Shown piece after piece: positions 23,193 through 37,894 of a stretch of DNA of 48,994 bases. Origin of the DNA: Priapulus caudatus (lineage: Eukaryota); the NCBI RefSeq assembly GCF_000485595.1, contig NW_014577088.1, positions 1,181,391-1,230,384 of the forward strand, in the 5' to 3' direction. The notes beneath the pieces were generated by a model that saw only the letters and a list, made by a program, of their open reading frames with translations, had not been told where the DNA came from and made no database searches. A program made the position numbers and the translations under genes. Within the stretch, counting starts at the first letter, position 1, and each line of letters starts with the position of its first letter.

Positions 23193-26100
23193 CTCACGCC
23201 ATTCAGCCTGTATCCGTTAGCAGCGCATGGCGCACATTGTGGTGCGCACTCTATGGCCCCCGGCCCACGGAGCCACACGTGACCCTGGGGACACAGCTAA
23301 AGCCCAGCCATAATATCCACTACCCTTAATATTGTCGGTACGAGCATACCGTAGTCAGAGAACGCGTCGCACATTCGTAGTCCTGGAGCCTTTAGTACGG
23401 CTCGGTTTCTCCGTGTTCCGCGGGCGCAATATATAGCTCGCACATAGCGCGCCTAATGGCGTCATTTCACGACGCCCGCGTACGTTAGTATCGTGCCTGT
23501 AACCAACATGTCTACTATGGACGTCATAACTAGAACGATGGCAGCCGCTAACGCAGCGCCGCGTGCAACTGCGGATCCCCAGCCGCCGCCGCCGCCGCCG
23601 TGCTTGACAACCGCTGCCGCCTCATCGCAGGACCTCGATGCCTCTACGTCTAGCGGCCCTGCCAGCAGGCCCCCATCGCCTGGCCGCCGGCTGCCGCTAC
23701 GACCACTACCCCTGCCACCGCTTCAGCTGGCATCTCGCCACGACGCCGCACGCCCCTGGAGCTCATGAGGGCAGAGTCGCCCTGCAGCTCCACGCGGCCG
23801 ACGATCACGCCACTACTACTACTACTGGCCAATAGAAGAGAAGGACTGGCACACCGGCGCCCCAGCCCCGCCCAGCCCGTGGATTGACATATTCATGTGT
23901 ATTGAACACACACACCACACACAACACATCACACCACACGCACACACAACACACCCACACACACACATACACACACCACTACACACCACACACACACACA
24001 ACACAACAGGCATTCACACACACACACACAGGCCGCGCGCGCGCGCGCGCGCACACACACGCACAACACACACACACACATTTATCTGTGATATATAATA
24101 TTATATATTATATATATATATATATATATACGGGCATAACTGCATGCTATTGCTGCACACCTTGACACACATATGACGTCTACATTGCTACTACAACGTG
24201 GTTGACCGTCGATTTACCTACCTGTTAGCAGCGACGACGCGAGGGTATTTTCTTTTCTTTTCTCTTAAACAGTTTTATTTCTTTACAATCTTTAAGTCTT
24301 TACATTCAGCAGTTTACCAAACGAGGCATCACAACACGTGTGCAAGGAGAACCTTGCGTGTCGCACACTAGTATACTGTGATACAGAACACCAACGTGCA
24401 CGGTCCCATCTCTACCACATTTCACCCCACATTTCGTAAAGCAGTCTTTCGCTCTCTCTCTCTTTCTATATATATATATATGTATGCGTCTATCTAGCTA
24501 TATAGGTAGAGCCTATATTTAAAATCCCTTAGCTGATACGGTATGTGTACACACACATACGGCGTTTAGACTATATGCCCTCTCCAGCAGCAATAAACCT
24601 CGTACAAGTAGCTTATCTTGTTACGGAACGGAGCATCTAGGTACACAAGCTTTTCTCACTTTTAAGCAATTAATAAATCTTACAGAACGAACTGTACGCA
24701 CGGTTCGCTGACGTGTGTGATATCGTTGTTTTGATCTGCCGCTCATCCGACGCTGCATAATTGTCACAGAATGCGCTGGCACCTATCCTATCGGCTATAT
24801 TCCCCTACCAGCAACTACACGAATAAGCATACAAAAATGTTAGCTGCCAAGCAATCGGTCGCGTACATCGAAACACCGTGTTTCATTGCACGTGTAGTCC
24901 CTCACTGCCTGGGTCAAAAACTACACCAATGTACGAGTCTCTTCGTCCACGACGCACAGACTTACATGCATACCAGCGCAAAAGAGGTTATCTCCGAACT
25001 ATTTATATTCATATACATAGCGACTTAATGCTATATATGTATATATATAATATAATATTATATAAATGCTATAAAATGCAGCATAGTTACGCACAAAGAA
25101 TAAACCCACGCACGCACCGCACGCACGCACACATCAAATATTAGAATATGCGCAGTCTTTCGATACTTAACTTCCTTACTCAGTGCCAGTACAGGCATTA
25201 CATTCATTGATAGTGAATGTACATATCGCCTGCAGTCCTTAGTTGTGACATACATATCTCCGCTGTAATAGGAATATACAGAAACAGAGATATGTCTCGC
25301 GGGTTCAAGTACACTGCACGCACGCCGCTGTGCACAAACAACAAATAGAAATAGTTATATATATTTGTTTATAATTATATTATATATTTATTATATATAT
25401 ATCTTTATATTAGTTGTTTGTGCACACTCGGAAGGGCAGTGTTTGCAGCCCGAGCTTTGGCACGAGATTACAGGAAATTATCGCGCATAAATGGCGAAAG
25501 AGACCGTAGTAGAAACATTAAAACTTTAGTAGTAAACTGATTACGCGTTCTTTATTGCCATAATTTTAACATTGAAGGTTCAAGTGTCTTGGTCGAAGCA
25601 GGTACTATAGGCATACTCGGTGCATGCAGATTCACACCCGCACCGCCAACATGCAACGTTAAAGAATTGAGTTCACGCGCACTATATCGTCGCTGCCGCT
25701 TTGACCATGGTGACGTGTGATATTGCCAAGTTTCATATATTGAGTAGGTTATGAGTCAACTACTATATATATACACACCTATTGCCCAGCTACAACATAA
25801 CCAATACTTTACACATACGTTCCATTACCTAATTACCCAGTACAACCTCTGATGACGGCAGGAATCATCAGAGCCTTATAGCTTCAATACTCCACGAACA
25901 GATGGCGTTCTCGCCTCATGGGGCTCAATCTAACACTGCCACAAGTAGATTCGGTTACACATTTGTAACGCTTTTTACTAAAGCTTTTACAGGCAGGTGA
26001 ACGTTATTTCGTATCCTGATGTAGAAGTAATGTTGGACTAATAAAAGTTGCAAAGATATTACAAATCGTACCGTTATTATCATGAAAATTTGAACATTAG

Positions 26101-26285
26101 GATTCAAATTACTACGTGTTGATTGTGGCCCATTACCGGTCTTTAATCTTACACTGTTAGCGACTCTCATTTCGCGTGGATTTCCGCCCGAGTCCGCTCC
26201 ACCTTTAAAAATATGCTAGCTATTGTGGGCAGTGGTATATTGGATGTGCGAAGGTGCACGTGCATCCAGTTTGCCTTATAGCTAT

Positions 26286-27251
26286 CAGGCGCGCAAATCC
26301 ATTTGAAATGTGGGGGGGGGCAATAGTAGCGAGCGAACGCGAGCGGGGGTCTGGGGGGCTCTCTCCACAGGAAAATTTTTGAATTAGACGCCCGCTCAGA
26401 TTGCGTTTTTCTGGCGAGCGGGGGGGCCGGACCCCTGGACCCCCTGTACACGCCCTGCAGACACACACACACAACACCACACACATACCACACACACCAC
26501 ACACCCATTCCACTGCCGCACGACGCACGCACGCACGCACACACACAACACACACACACACACATCACAACACACAACACAGCCACACATGCACTTTGTT
26601 GTAATACGTTCAGAAAAGGGGTGTCCACATGCGAGTCATAAAATCAAGGAAAACAAAAAGCAGAAAACCAATCATTTGTGTTGAGGCTGATCACAAAATA
26701 AATTGGTTCGCGTTTATTCATGTTGTGTCCAGTCATATCATAATATGCGTGTATATATATATCAATTTGCAATAGAAAATTACATTATTAAACCGAATGT
26801 CAGTTACTCAGTGTCCTCTTTGCGTGAATATAGTTCTCGTTCCCAGCTTATCCTGAATCAGTGTCTAATTGAGTGATATCTTCACTAACCTTTCATAAAC
26901 ACTACTTTCTCTTGATGATTTCTGCATAGAATTTATTTGATATAGAAAAAACGTCTTATAGAGTAAAACACGGTACTAAATTTATCAAGACACATTTTTG
27001 CTAGTTGTGCATGATCATTATATGCTCTCAAATGCATCTTGATGAAATAAAGCTGGCAAAAAAAGAAAAAATGGAAAGAAGCCAATCGTTGACGTACTAG
27101 CACAACACACAAACACTACACACACATCACCACACACACACACTTACACACAAAATCATGTGATCAAAATCGTGGGGGGGACTTTGATATGACGTCCCCT
27201 CAATTCGTTGGGGGGGGGAACATGTCCCCGCCCCCCTGATTTGCGCCCCTG
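26286..27251. mobile_element. Non-autonomous hAT-like element
   Basis: TIRs CAGG(C/G)GCGCAAATC with 8-bp TSD ATAGCTAT (26278-26285, 27252-27259). The site at about 7738 is empty. Confidence 0.75.
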
Positions 27252-29830
27252 ATAGCTATATATAATTGTAAATAACCTAAGTATTATTTTTGTCACTTAT
27301 TCCGTGAAAGGCCTTCGTCTTCAGACGCCACCTACTAAACAATATGACGTCGACCAGAGCTGCGATGTGTCATCTCATTACACAACGAGTCATGAAAATT
27401 ACCCCCCCCCAGGAATTGGCTCAGTCCCTACGGCATGGTTGGATGGTATGTAAAGTGCGTGACACTTATTCATCCGAAGTAGTAATTTATGGATTTCACC
27501 AAGACACTCGCTTTCTTCGTGTTTAGATGTATGGTACAGGAGGGCTTACATTCTGCAAAAGAAATCTCACACGCCGATCCTAAATTGCACGAAGAACGCC
27601 AGTATTCTTTTTGTGCAGGGGAAAGGCAAGCCTCATTGTGCTTAATATGTGCAATATTTACGCAGGGTAGCATACATTAGAGGCAGTTGCGTTACGTTAG
27701 ACAATATATTGACAGTAGACCACGACACAGCCGTTTGACCATTGCGAGTTAGAAAAGCCGTTAGCGTTCATTACCATTGTTATAACGTGTGGAAAATATT
27801 TACTAACAGCAAAGCAAAATGATGGTATCTGTGTCGACGGACCTAGTGTTGTGCCGCCAGAATTCATCACGACACGAAACTCTTATTCTGTAGGAATAAG
27901 ATTCGCTAAAAATATAATTATTGCATCTGCTCCTGCGGTGTGTTTGCGATTCGCGTTGACTAGCAGAGTGAAGTGGATATATGCATGACATGCAAGGTAG
28001 ATATAACAATGTGTTTTTATCTATTTGTGACATGTGTGTGCCGCGGGTGTGTCTGTCTGTCCGTCCGTCCTGTATTATTTGTCAGTCTGTCTGTCTATCA
28101 GTGTGAATCTGCGCAGTTTATTTACAGTGAGAAAAGGTTTTCATTCGTCTATCGATAATATATTATAAACAATTATGACCGCTGTGTAAAATATTCAACA
28201 AAAATACTGTAATTTTCTGTTTATATAGCATTTTCTTACAGAAAACTGGGAATATATTCGATAATAAACACTTGGACCAACACCACATATACGCACCTCA
28301 CTAGCTTAACGATATATCAAATATTAGATTGCCATCGAGAAATAACGTTTAGTATATATATATATATATATTATATATAATATATATATTATTATATATT
28401 ATATAATCAGAGTTATATTGACATACCTGATATAATGACTTCATATTGGATATATGAATCATGGATTTACTTAACTCATTGTCATAACCTAGCAAAAATA
28501 ACGTTAGACTCCTGTACAGCCACCCTACTAACAGCAACGAACGCATGTGTTTATTTGAAGTTGTGAGGAATAAATGTTGATATAATAATAGCCAGCATAA
28601 AGCTAGTCAAATAGTTACAACATTATACATTTATTATAACTATTTGCAAAAAGGTGTTATATAGCAAGTTTCCAATAGAAAGTAAAAAATTCAACCCTTC
28701 ATTAGAGACTGCTATAAATACTTACATCCCTGAATTACCTGCTTACATTTAGTCACGGGGGATACAATTGTCCGTGTAGGGGTAATGCCGTGTAAGCCTA
28801 AATAATGATTAGGCTTAAATAAGGCTACCATGGAAATGACAACATAAAAAGTGAGATGCTAGTAAAGTAAATTGTCGTTATCAGTAACAATAATGAGCTA
28901 CTCTTGTATTACGCCAGTTATGCATAATCTAACCATATAAATCGTTTATCACTTAAAACAGTTAGATTGCATTCCATGCGTATCTCTACATACTGTAAAA
29001 TACTGTAAATAATTACGTAAATACATTACAAAACGTTTGTTGTCACAAACAACTCTATACATTACACATAAAGCAAATAACTAAGAAATTAATGTTACTT
29101 TTCTAATGGCTTTATTAGAGTTAATCTATTACATATATTTTTTAAAGACATTTTAAATCCAACAGTAAGCAAATTAGTCTAACAGTTCGTAACAGCAAAA
29201 ATCATGAACGATCTTTCTTGCACTTTGGTAACAGTATTAAAGGTTAATATTAACAGTAGATGTTTAATGTCTCCTAAACATTATTTGTAATATTTCAGCA
29301 ATATGTAGACATTCGTTTTCTTTATATTTTTGATGGTGGGACTATGTAAATAATGGTTTTTAGCTATATAGTTTCAAAACCTTTGAGTTTTTATGGTGAA
29401 TTGTGTTAGCCCTCACAACTTTGTGGAAACAGCTTTTAGCAGATACATAAAATTCATATATTAAAGAAAATCCCATTAATCACAACATTTGACAATCATA
29501 AAACCTAAAAAGATGAATTAAAACATTTTGCCTTTCCTAAAGGTGGTACATTAAACTAAATACTAACATACACTTTATACAAAATGCGAATAAAACCACT
29601 GTAGCCTTTTCCTATAGGTGGTTCACTTAACTAAAAAAATAACGTGCACCCACAAAAGTGATTAAACATTGTAGGCGTTCCCTGTGGGTGAAACATTAAA
29701 CTCTAAATCAATCTCTATGAAGCCAGAACTAGCCTGCTATCGACTACCCATTCCTTGAGCATGCACTTAGATATGTAGAATAGGGCGCTGAATGTGTTAT
29801 GAATGAGATATTCATTCATAGTTCAAGCTG

Positions 29831-30254
29831 CTACAGCATGCTGGAAATTTGTACCCATCCTGCTGCAGATTCTCCTGAGGAACTGTTGAATTTCCTCCAG
29901 CTGTTTTCCTGTGCAAAACTGTGTGCTTTCAGTTCCCCTCCATGCATTTGTAAGCTTTTAAGTAATTAAAACAAAATCAACATTATTACAATATACTGTG
30001 ATAATTCACAAGTCGGCAAACAGCGCTTGATCGTACTGACTGTCGTAGTCCGAGTATAACTCACTGGTGCATGATAAGAGGTGTGCACAGAGGAGAGTTG
30101 GAGGCTCGACCAGATGTCCAGCTCCGGATACACGCACATTCGTAGTTATGTTGCCTACCGCTTCATCCTATCGTGACAGCAGTTGTCTCCTTTACAGACA
30201 GACGGATTGTCATCCCAGATACAATAAAAGGATCTCTGCCTGTGCACGTTCCAG
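29831..30254 (-). pseudogene. Frameshifted duplicate of ACOT copy A exons 7-8
   Basis: Matches 40531-40983 with many 1-4-bp deletions. Confidence 0.75.
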
Positions 30255-30997
30255 CTGTTTCGAAAATGAAACTATGTCAGTTTAATGAGAATGGGTGTAA
30301 GACGTGATATCGAATTATTACTAGCGTATAAAAACCCAGCGACACGGGTCGTTTAACTTAAAGCAGCATCACGTCATAGTTATTTTAGTCAAAATAGTTC
30401 AAGGTAACATGAGCAGCGAGCGACACGGGTCGCTTAACGTAGCATAACGTCATAGTTATTTTAGTCGACAAATATCAGTCAAAGTAACGAGTGAAAGTGC
30501 ACCACGAATATCCCAAGTAACAGAGTGACACTTTAGCACCTACACAAGGCCGAGAGAAAACACGTCACAGTTGATGTCACATGCGACTATGAGAATCAAA
30601 CAACGAACGTCGCCGACAAATGTGAACTATGGGAAATATGAGAACATGAATCGACCTGCCGCGATTCCCACACCAGACTCAAAGAGCGTTCCACAGTTCT
30701 CACCTTCAGTCACCCATAAAATGTGAGATGACGACACGGTCTTGCACCACCATCGTCAACAAGGCTTGACCACGCTTAGGCCACGCATTCTCAGTAGTAT
30801 AAATAACGAACAGTTCGACAGAATGCAGACACAGTTCCACTGCTGACAGACGCTGTCAGACCGCGCTGCTCTACCTGCTGGGGATCACTACGCTACCGTC
30901 ACCGTTGGACATCACTGACTGAGGACCTGCTGCTGCCTGCGACCTGCAGACTTCACGCTCGTAAATATGTATNNNNNNNNNNNNNNNNNNNNNNNNN

Positions 30998-32153
30998 AGC
31001 GTGATTTCATGTATATTAACGTATTGCCGTATTGACGGTATATGGTCATGTATATTGATGTGTATTGATGTATTGGTATGTCGACGTATTCAGGTACTCA
31101 CGTATTGCGGTATTAATGTTTCGACGTATCTCGTGTATTGCCGCGCTTTCTATAAGGACGTCTTGACGGTATCGCAGCACATAAACGTAGTGCTGACATA
31201 GGGAAGAAAAAAAAACACTTAAAAAAACAAAACCGAACAAATACTGGCGCACTTATAGCGTCCTTAACGTCGTAACCATAACGGTCTTGTACCGTACCGT
31301 ACCGTCTCATATACGACACCGTATCGCGTTCAGCGTGTAGCGTATACTGTATACCATTACCATACCACTACCGGCTTCTCGCACGTTCCTCACGCACAGC
31401 ACGTATACCCCCTGTGCGCGTTTCCCGCACACATCCACCACTCCGACGACCCGTCCTACTACGATAGCGTTGCACCATCACTGCGTTCCGTACGTGATGT
31501 CGCAACCGTTCATCGCCACAATTTGCGGCTCCTAACGTTTTGGAACCCCGGGGCAAGTGTAGGATAGCGCACGCTCCCGCAGGGAGTAAATATATCGCCT
31601 CACACTAATTCCCCAAATGCAATCACTAGAAACAACACACCTCTTCGCTCCAAGTAATAAATAATAATAGAACGCCGCAGGTAATCATTATACACCACGC
31701 CCTTTAGCCATCCGAGAACACTAACGACTCGAGGGCCGATCTGCCATGGTTATTCCCCATGGTAACAACTCGGCTCTCATCCCTTCCGAAGCACGGTCCA
31801 GGTTTCCCCCCGCTCCTGATCCTATTCCTTTCTATACTCCTCCTTGCCACCTCTTCCCCGCTCTACCTCCTACCTTCCACCTTTACCCCTGCGAGCTACG
31901 TTCGCGATCCACGTCTCACGGTACGAGGTTACTGATATTCGGTTACGATTCTATTGTGTATGTAGTCATCTATTGTAGTATCGTAGGATTTTGTTTGATT
32001 AGGCTGAAATAGGACGCACGAAGAGTAGTTTTCATAATACTGTGTTTCTGTTATCTATCGACGCAACCTGAACTACCCTTAAAACAGGCTGCCACTACGC
32101 GCACCTGCTAAACCGAGAACCTGGAAACGGGAAGCTGCGAAAGCCTTCCTTAG
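30998..32153 (+). mobile_element. Gypsy 3' internal region, PPT-like tract and complete 3' LTR (31558-32153)
   Basis: GGAACCCCGGGGCAAG precedes TGTAGGATAGCGC. The LTR is followed by the right flank of the empty site seen at about 38100. Confidence 0.8.
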
Positions 32154-35100
32154 TAGTTATGTGCGTGACACTTATCATCCTGAAGTAGTAATTTATGGGA
32201 TATCACCAATACACGCGCTTTCTTCGCGTTCAGTTTGTATGGTGTAAAGAAGGGTCTACATTCTGCAAAAGAAATCTCACCACGCCGATCCTAAATTGCA
32301 CGAAGAACGCCACGTTATCTTTTCAGGTGCAGGGGAAAAGGCAAGCCTCATTTTGCTTCATAAATCGTGCAATATTTACGCAGGGTAGCATAAACCATAG
32401 AGGCAGTTCCGTTACGTTAGACAAATATGTTGACAGTAGAACCACGACACAGCGTTTGACCATTGCGAGTTAGAAAAGCCGTTAGCATTTCATTACCATT
32501 GTTATAACTGGGAAAATATTTACTAACAGCAAAGCAAACATGGATGGATCTGTGTCGACGGACCTGTTTGTGCCGCAGAAATTCATCACAAACACGAGCC
32601 CTGCTGTCAGGATAAAAGATTCGCAAAAAAAGAAAAATATTGCATCTGCTCCCTTGCGTTTGTGTTTGCGATTCGCGTTGACTAGTATGCCAGAAGTTAG
32701 TGGGATATAGGCATGGCATTGTGTGTAGCCGTGGCAGCGTGGGTGTGTCTGTCTGTCCGCTCCGTCGTACTTATTTGTCAGTCTGTCTGTCATCAGTGTG
32801 AATCTGCGCCAGTTATTTACAGTTAGAAAAGGTTTATTCATTCGCTATCGAAGATATATTATAAACAATTATGATCGCTGTGTAAATTCCAACAAAAAAT
32901 ACTGAAATTTTCGTTTATATAGCACTTTTCTTACATAAAACTGGGAATATATTCGATAATAAACCACTTGGACCAACACCACATATACGCACCTCACTAG
33001 CTTAACAGCATATATCAAATATTAGATTGCCATACGAGAAATAACGTTTAGTATATATAATATAATATATATATATATATTATATATATATATAATCAGG
33101 AGTTAATATTGACAAACATGATATAATGACTTCATAATTGAATATATGAATCATGAGATTATATACCATAATTCATGGTCTAAACCTAGCAAAAATAAAA
33201 CGTTAGACTCCTGTACAGCCACCCTACTAAACAGCAAACGAACGCATGTGTTTATTTGAAGTTGCGAGGAATAAATGTTGCTAATAATAATAGCACGCAT
33301 AAAGCTATGTCACATAGTTACAACATTATACATTTATTATAACTATTTGCAAAAGGTGTTAATATAGCAAGTTTCCCAATTAGAAAGTATAAAAATTCAC
33401 CCTTCCCATTAGAGACTGCTATAAACACTTACATCCCTGGAATTACCTGCTTACATTTAGTCACGTGGGATACAATTGCCCGTGTAAGGGCTAATGCCGT
33501 GTAAGCCTAAATAATGATTAGGCTTAAATAAGGCTACCATGGAAATGACAACATAAAAAGTGAGATGCTAGTAAAGTAAATTGTCGTTATCCAGTAACAA
33601 TAATGAGCTACTCTTGTATTACGCCAGTTATGCATAATCTAACCACTAATAAATCGTTTATCACTTAAAACAAGTTAGATTGCAATTCCATGCAGTATCT
33701 GTAACATACTGTAAAATACTGTAAAATATTACGTAAATCACATTACAAAACGTTTGTTGTCACAACAACTCTATACATTAACACATAAAGCAAATCAACT
33801 AATAAATTAATGTTACTTTTCTAATGGGCTATTAGAAGTTTAATCTACTTAACCATATATTTTTTTTAAAGACATTTTAATCCAACAGTAAGTAAAATTA
33901 TCTAACAGTTCGTAACAGCAAGATCATGAACGATCTTTCATGATCTTGGTAACAGTAAGTATATTTAACAGTAGATGTTAATGTCTCCTAAACATTATTT
34001 GTAATATTTCAAAGCAATATGTATACATTCGTTTTCTTTATTTTGATGGTGGGACTATGTAAATAATGGTTTTAGCTATATAGTTTCAAACCTTTGAGTT
34101 TTTATGGTGAATTGTGTTAGCCCTCACAACTTTGTGGATCACAGCTTTTAGCAGATACATAAAATTCATCATATAAAGATAATCCCATTATATCACAACA
34201 TTTGACAATCAATAAAACCTAAAAAGATGAATAAAAACATTTTGGCCTATTCCCTAAAGGTGGTACATTTAACTAAATACTAACATACACCTATACAAAA
34301 ATGCGAATAAAACCACTGTAGCCTTTTCCTATAGGTGGTTCACTTAAACTCCAAAAATAACGTGCACCCACAAAGGTGATTAAAACATTGTAGGCGTTTC
34401 CTGGTGGGTGACCACATGTCGCATTTGTAAACCAGTCGCTTGTCTGTATGTGCCTGGTGTATAAGATATGTATTGTATGTATTGTATCGTATTTACTGGT
34501 TGGCTTGCGTAGCCATCTATGTACTGTATGCGTTTATTATGTTGATGCTGTTTATTAAAGAATAGAGTTACCGTAGCAATTCGGTGGTTATAGCATTAAT
34601 TATACTGTCTGTGGCTTAAGTGCTATTGCACGCGTATCTGTCGTACAAACGAACCTGGACACTATACGATCACACGTGCCTATTACACGAGCTCACGAGC
34701 TTCCCTATATGGGGCCAGCAAGGTGAGTCATTGGCAGAGGCAGAGTCAGCCATAACCCATGGCCAGTAACCTTGGAAGAACATTCACACAGATGAATATT
34801 GATAATACGAGTAGCTAGCCGTACATTGTAAATGATTAAAATGAATGTAGGTCTCTAAATACGTACATAAATTTACAATAATGTAGAACTTCGGTATAAC
34901 AGACCCCCATTTAAACGACATTTAACGGAAGCAACGCACAAAGCCCGCTGGTCTGTATGGTCTGTCTGGATGGAAATATGGGAAATTAAAAAAACCAGAC
35001 AACTGGGACTGTTAGTTTTGAGAGTGTGTGCTAATAGGCTCCTGCACGGGGTGGGGGCACTCCGTACAAAATAGGGTAGGTATGTGCCACTTGAGAGATG

Positions 35101-35253
35101 GAATTGGGGGGCTCCGGTACTAACAGCACATCAAAATTGGGGTCTCTGGAACTAGGGTTTGCTGGAAAGCATGATGTTCCGGAAGTGGACATGTTTGCGA
35201 GAGGGGTCTCCGGAACGTGCGAAAAAAAGTAGGACATATGCGCAGAGACGGGA
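32154..35253 (+). repeat. Duplicate of about 38100-42670 with internal deletion of about 40385-41735 (ACOT exons 7-8)
   Basis: Colinear match that jumps at about 34415 from ...GGGTGAC to GCATTTGTAAACCAGTCGC. Confidence 0.85.
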
Positions 35254-35271
35254 TTGGAACCCCGGGGCAAG

Positions 35272-35856
35272 TGTAGGATAGCGCACGCTCCCGCAGGGAG
35301 TAAATATATCGCCTCACACTATTCCCCAAATGCAATCACTACAAACAACACACCTCTTCGCTCCAAGTAATAAATAATAATAGAACGCCGCAGGTAATCA
35401 CTATACACCACGCCCTTAGCCTCCGAGTACACTAATAACTCGAGGGCCGATCTGCCATGGTTATTCCCCAGGTAACAACTCGGCTCTCATCCCTTCCGCA
35501 GCACGGTCCAGGTTTCCCCCTGCTCCTGATCCTATTCCTTCTATACTCCTCCTTGCCACCTTCCCCGCCTACCTCCTACCTTCCAACTTCACCCCTGCCG
35601 AGCTACTTCGCGATCCACGTCTCACGGTACGAGGTTACTGATATTCGGTTACGATTCTATGTGTATGTAGTCATCTATGTAGTATCGTAGGATTGTGTTT
35701 GATTAGGCTGAAATAGACGCACGAAGAGTAGTTTTCATAATACTGTGTTTCTGTTATCTATCGACGCAACCTGACACTACCCTTAAAACGGGTGCCACTA
35801 CGGCACCTGCTAAACCGAGAACCTGAAAACGGGAAGCTGCGAAAGCCTTCCTTAGA
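35272..35856 (+). mobile_element. Complete Gypsy 3' LTR, 585 bp (second copy)
   Basis: TGTAGGATAG...CCTTCCTTAGA, preceded by the same PPT-like tract and followed by TSD GTAG. Confidence 0.88.
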
Positions 35857-36740
35857 GTAGTGCGCGACACTTATTCATCACGAAGTAGTAATTTATGGAT
35901 TTAACCAAGACACTCGCTTTCTTCGCGTTTAGTGTATGGTACAAGGAGGGCTTACATTCTGCAAAAGAAATCTCACCACGCCGATCCTAAATTGCACAAA
36001 GAACGCCACGTTTCTTTTTAGGTGCAGAAGAAAAGGCAGGCCTCATTTGCTTCATAAATCGTGCAATATTTACGCAGGGTAGCATAAACCATAGTCTGAG
36101 GCAGTTCCGTTACGTTAGACAAATATGTTGACAGTAGAACCACGACACAGCGTTTGACCATTGCGAGTTAGAAAAGCCGTTAGCGTTCATTACCATTGTT
36201 ATAACTGGAGAAAATATTTACTAACAGCAAAGCAAACATGATGGTATCTGTGTCGACGGACCTGTTGTGCCGCAGAAATTCATCACAAACACGAGCCCTG
36301 CTGTCAGGATAAAGATTCGCAAAAAAAGAAAAATATTGCATCTGCTCCCTGCGTTGTGGTTTGCGATTCGCGTTGACATAATTATGCAGAAGTGTAGTGG
36401 GATATAGGCATGACATGTGTGTGCGTGGCAGCGTGGGTGTGTCTGTCTGTCCGTCCGTCCGTACTTATTTGTCAGTCTGTCTGTCTATCAGTGTGAATCT
36501 GCGCCAGTTTATTTACAGTGAGAAAAAGTTTATTCATTCGTTATCGAAATATATTATAAACAATTATGATCGCTGTGTAAATATTCCAACAAAAATACTG
36601 TAATTTTCTGTTATATAGCACTTTCTTACAGAAAACTGGGAATATATTCGATAATAAACCACTTGGACCAACACCACATATACGCACCTCACTAGCTTAA
36701 CAGCATATATCTAATATTAGATTGCATACGAGAAATAACG

Positions 36741-36772
<32 letters not shown>

Positions 36773-36929
36773 CATTTACCGGTCTTTTCAATGCATACAC
36801 TGTTTACGACTCTGCCATTCGCGTTGGATTTCCCCGAGCTACCTGCCCACCTTTAAAAATATGCTAGATTGTGGCAGTGGTATATTGAGTTGCGAAGGGT
36901 GCACTGCATGCCGTTTAGCCTTATACTAT

Positions 36930-37104
36930 CAGGCTGCGCAAATCCATTTGAAATGTGGGGGGGACTAGCTAGCGAGGTATCGCGAAGGGGGGTCTGGGTG
37001 GGCTCTCCCACGGAAAATTTTTGAAATTTCCCCCTCAGTATGCGTTTTCTGCGCGAGCGCGGGGTCCGGACCCCCTGGACCCCCCTGTACACGCCCCTGC
37101 AGAC

Positions 37105-37143
<39 letters not shown>

Positions 37144-37736
37144 ACACACCACCACGCACGCCGCACGCAACGCACGCACGCACACACACACACACACCAC
37201 AACACACACACACACACCACACACACATGCATTTGGTTTGTAATAGATTACGAAAAGGGTGTCCACAGCAGTCTAAACATCAAGAAAACAAAAAGCAGAA
37301 AACCAATCATTTGGTGAGGCTGATCACAAAATAATGGTCCGTTATTTATTGTTGGTCCAGTCATATCATAATATGGTGTATATATTATCATCAATTTGGC
37401 AAGAAAATTACATTATTAAACCGATCTCAGTACTCAGTGTCCTCTTTGCGTGATATAGCTCGTGTTCCCAGCTTAATCTTGAATCAGTGCTCTAATGTGA
37501 GTGATATCTCCTAAACTTTCATAAACATACTTCTCTGATGATTTCTGCATAAGAATTATTTGATATAAGAAAAAAAACGTGCTTAAAAAGAAACGGTACT
37601 AAATTTATCAAGACAACATTTTTTCAAGTTGTGCCATGATCATTATTATGCTCTCAATGCACTTTGAATGAAATAAAAGCTGGCAAAAAAGAAAAAAATG
37701 GAAAGAAGCCAATCGTTGACGCTCTAGCACACACAC

Positions 37737-37777
<41 letters not shown>

Positions 37778-37894
37778 ACACACAAAATCATGGTGCTTCC
37801 AAAATCGTGGGGGGGGACATTTGATATGACGTCCCCCCTCTGAAAATTCGTGGGGGGGACATGTCCCCCTGCCCCCCCTGGATTTGCGCCCCTG
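36930..37894. mobile_element. Second copy of the hAT-like element at 26286-27251
   Basis: Same TIRs and flanks. Confidence 0.75.

Larger units (their letters stand above)
15968..25450 (+). mobile_element. Degenerate Ty3/Gypsy LTR retrotransposon (LTR end, PBS, leader, gag-pol, 3' region; right boundary uncertain)
   Basis: Domain order gag - protease - RT - RNase H - integrase, with multiple stops and frameshifts. Confidence 0.9.
26130..30972 (+). repeat. Indel-rich duplicate of about 36775-41735
   Basis: Colinear match throughout, including ACOT exons 7-8. Confidence 0.9.

Noticed and set aside
21056..23278. Minus-strand ORFs within pol
   Set aside because: They are shadows of GC-rich coding sequence with no independent evidence.
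34650..34673. Short matches to tRNA-His (CGAACCTGG, CACTATACGATCAC)
   Set aside because: The duplicate at about 41975-42000 lacks them, so they are probably chance or an error-correction artefact.
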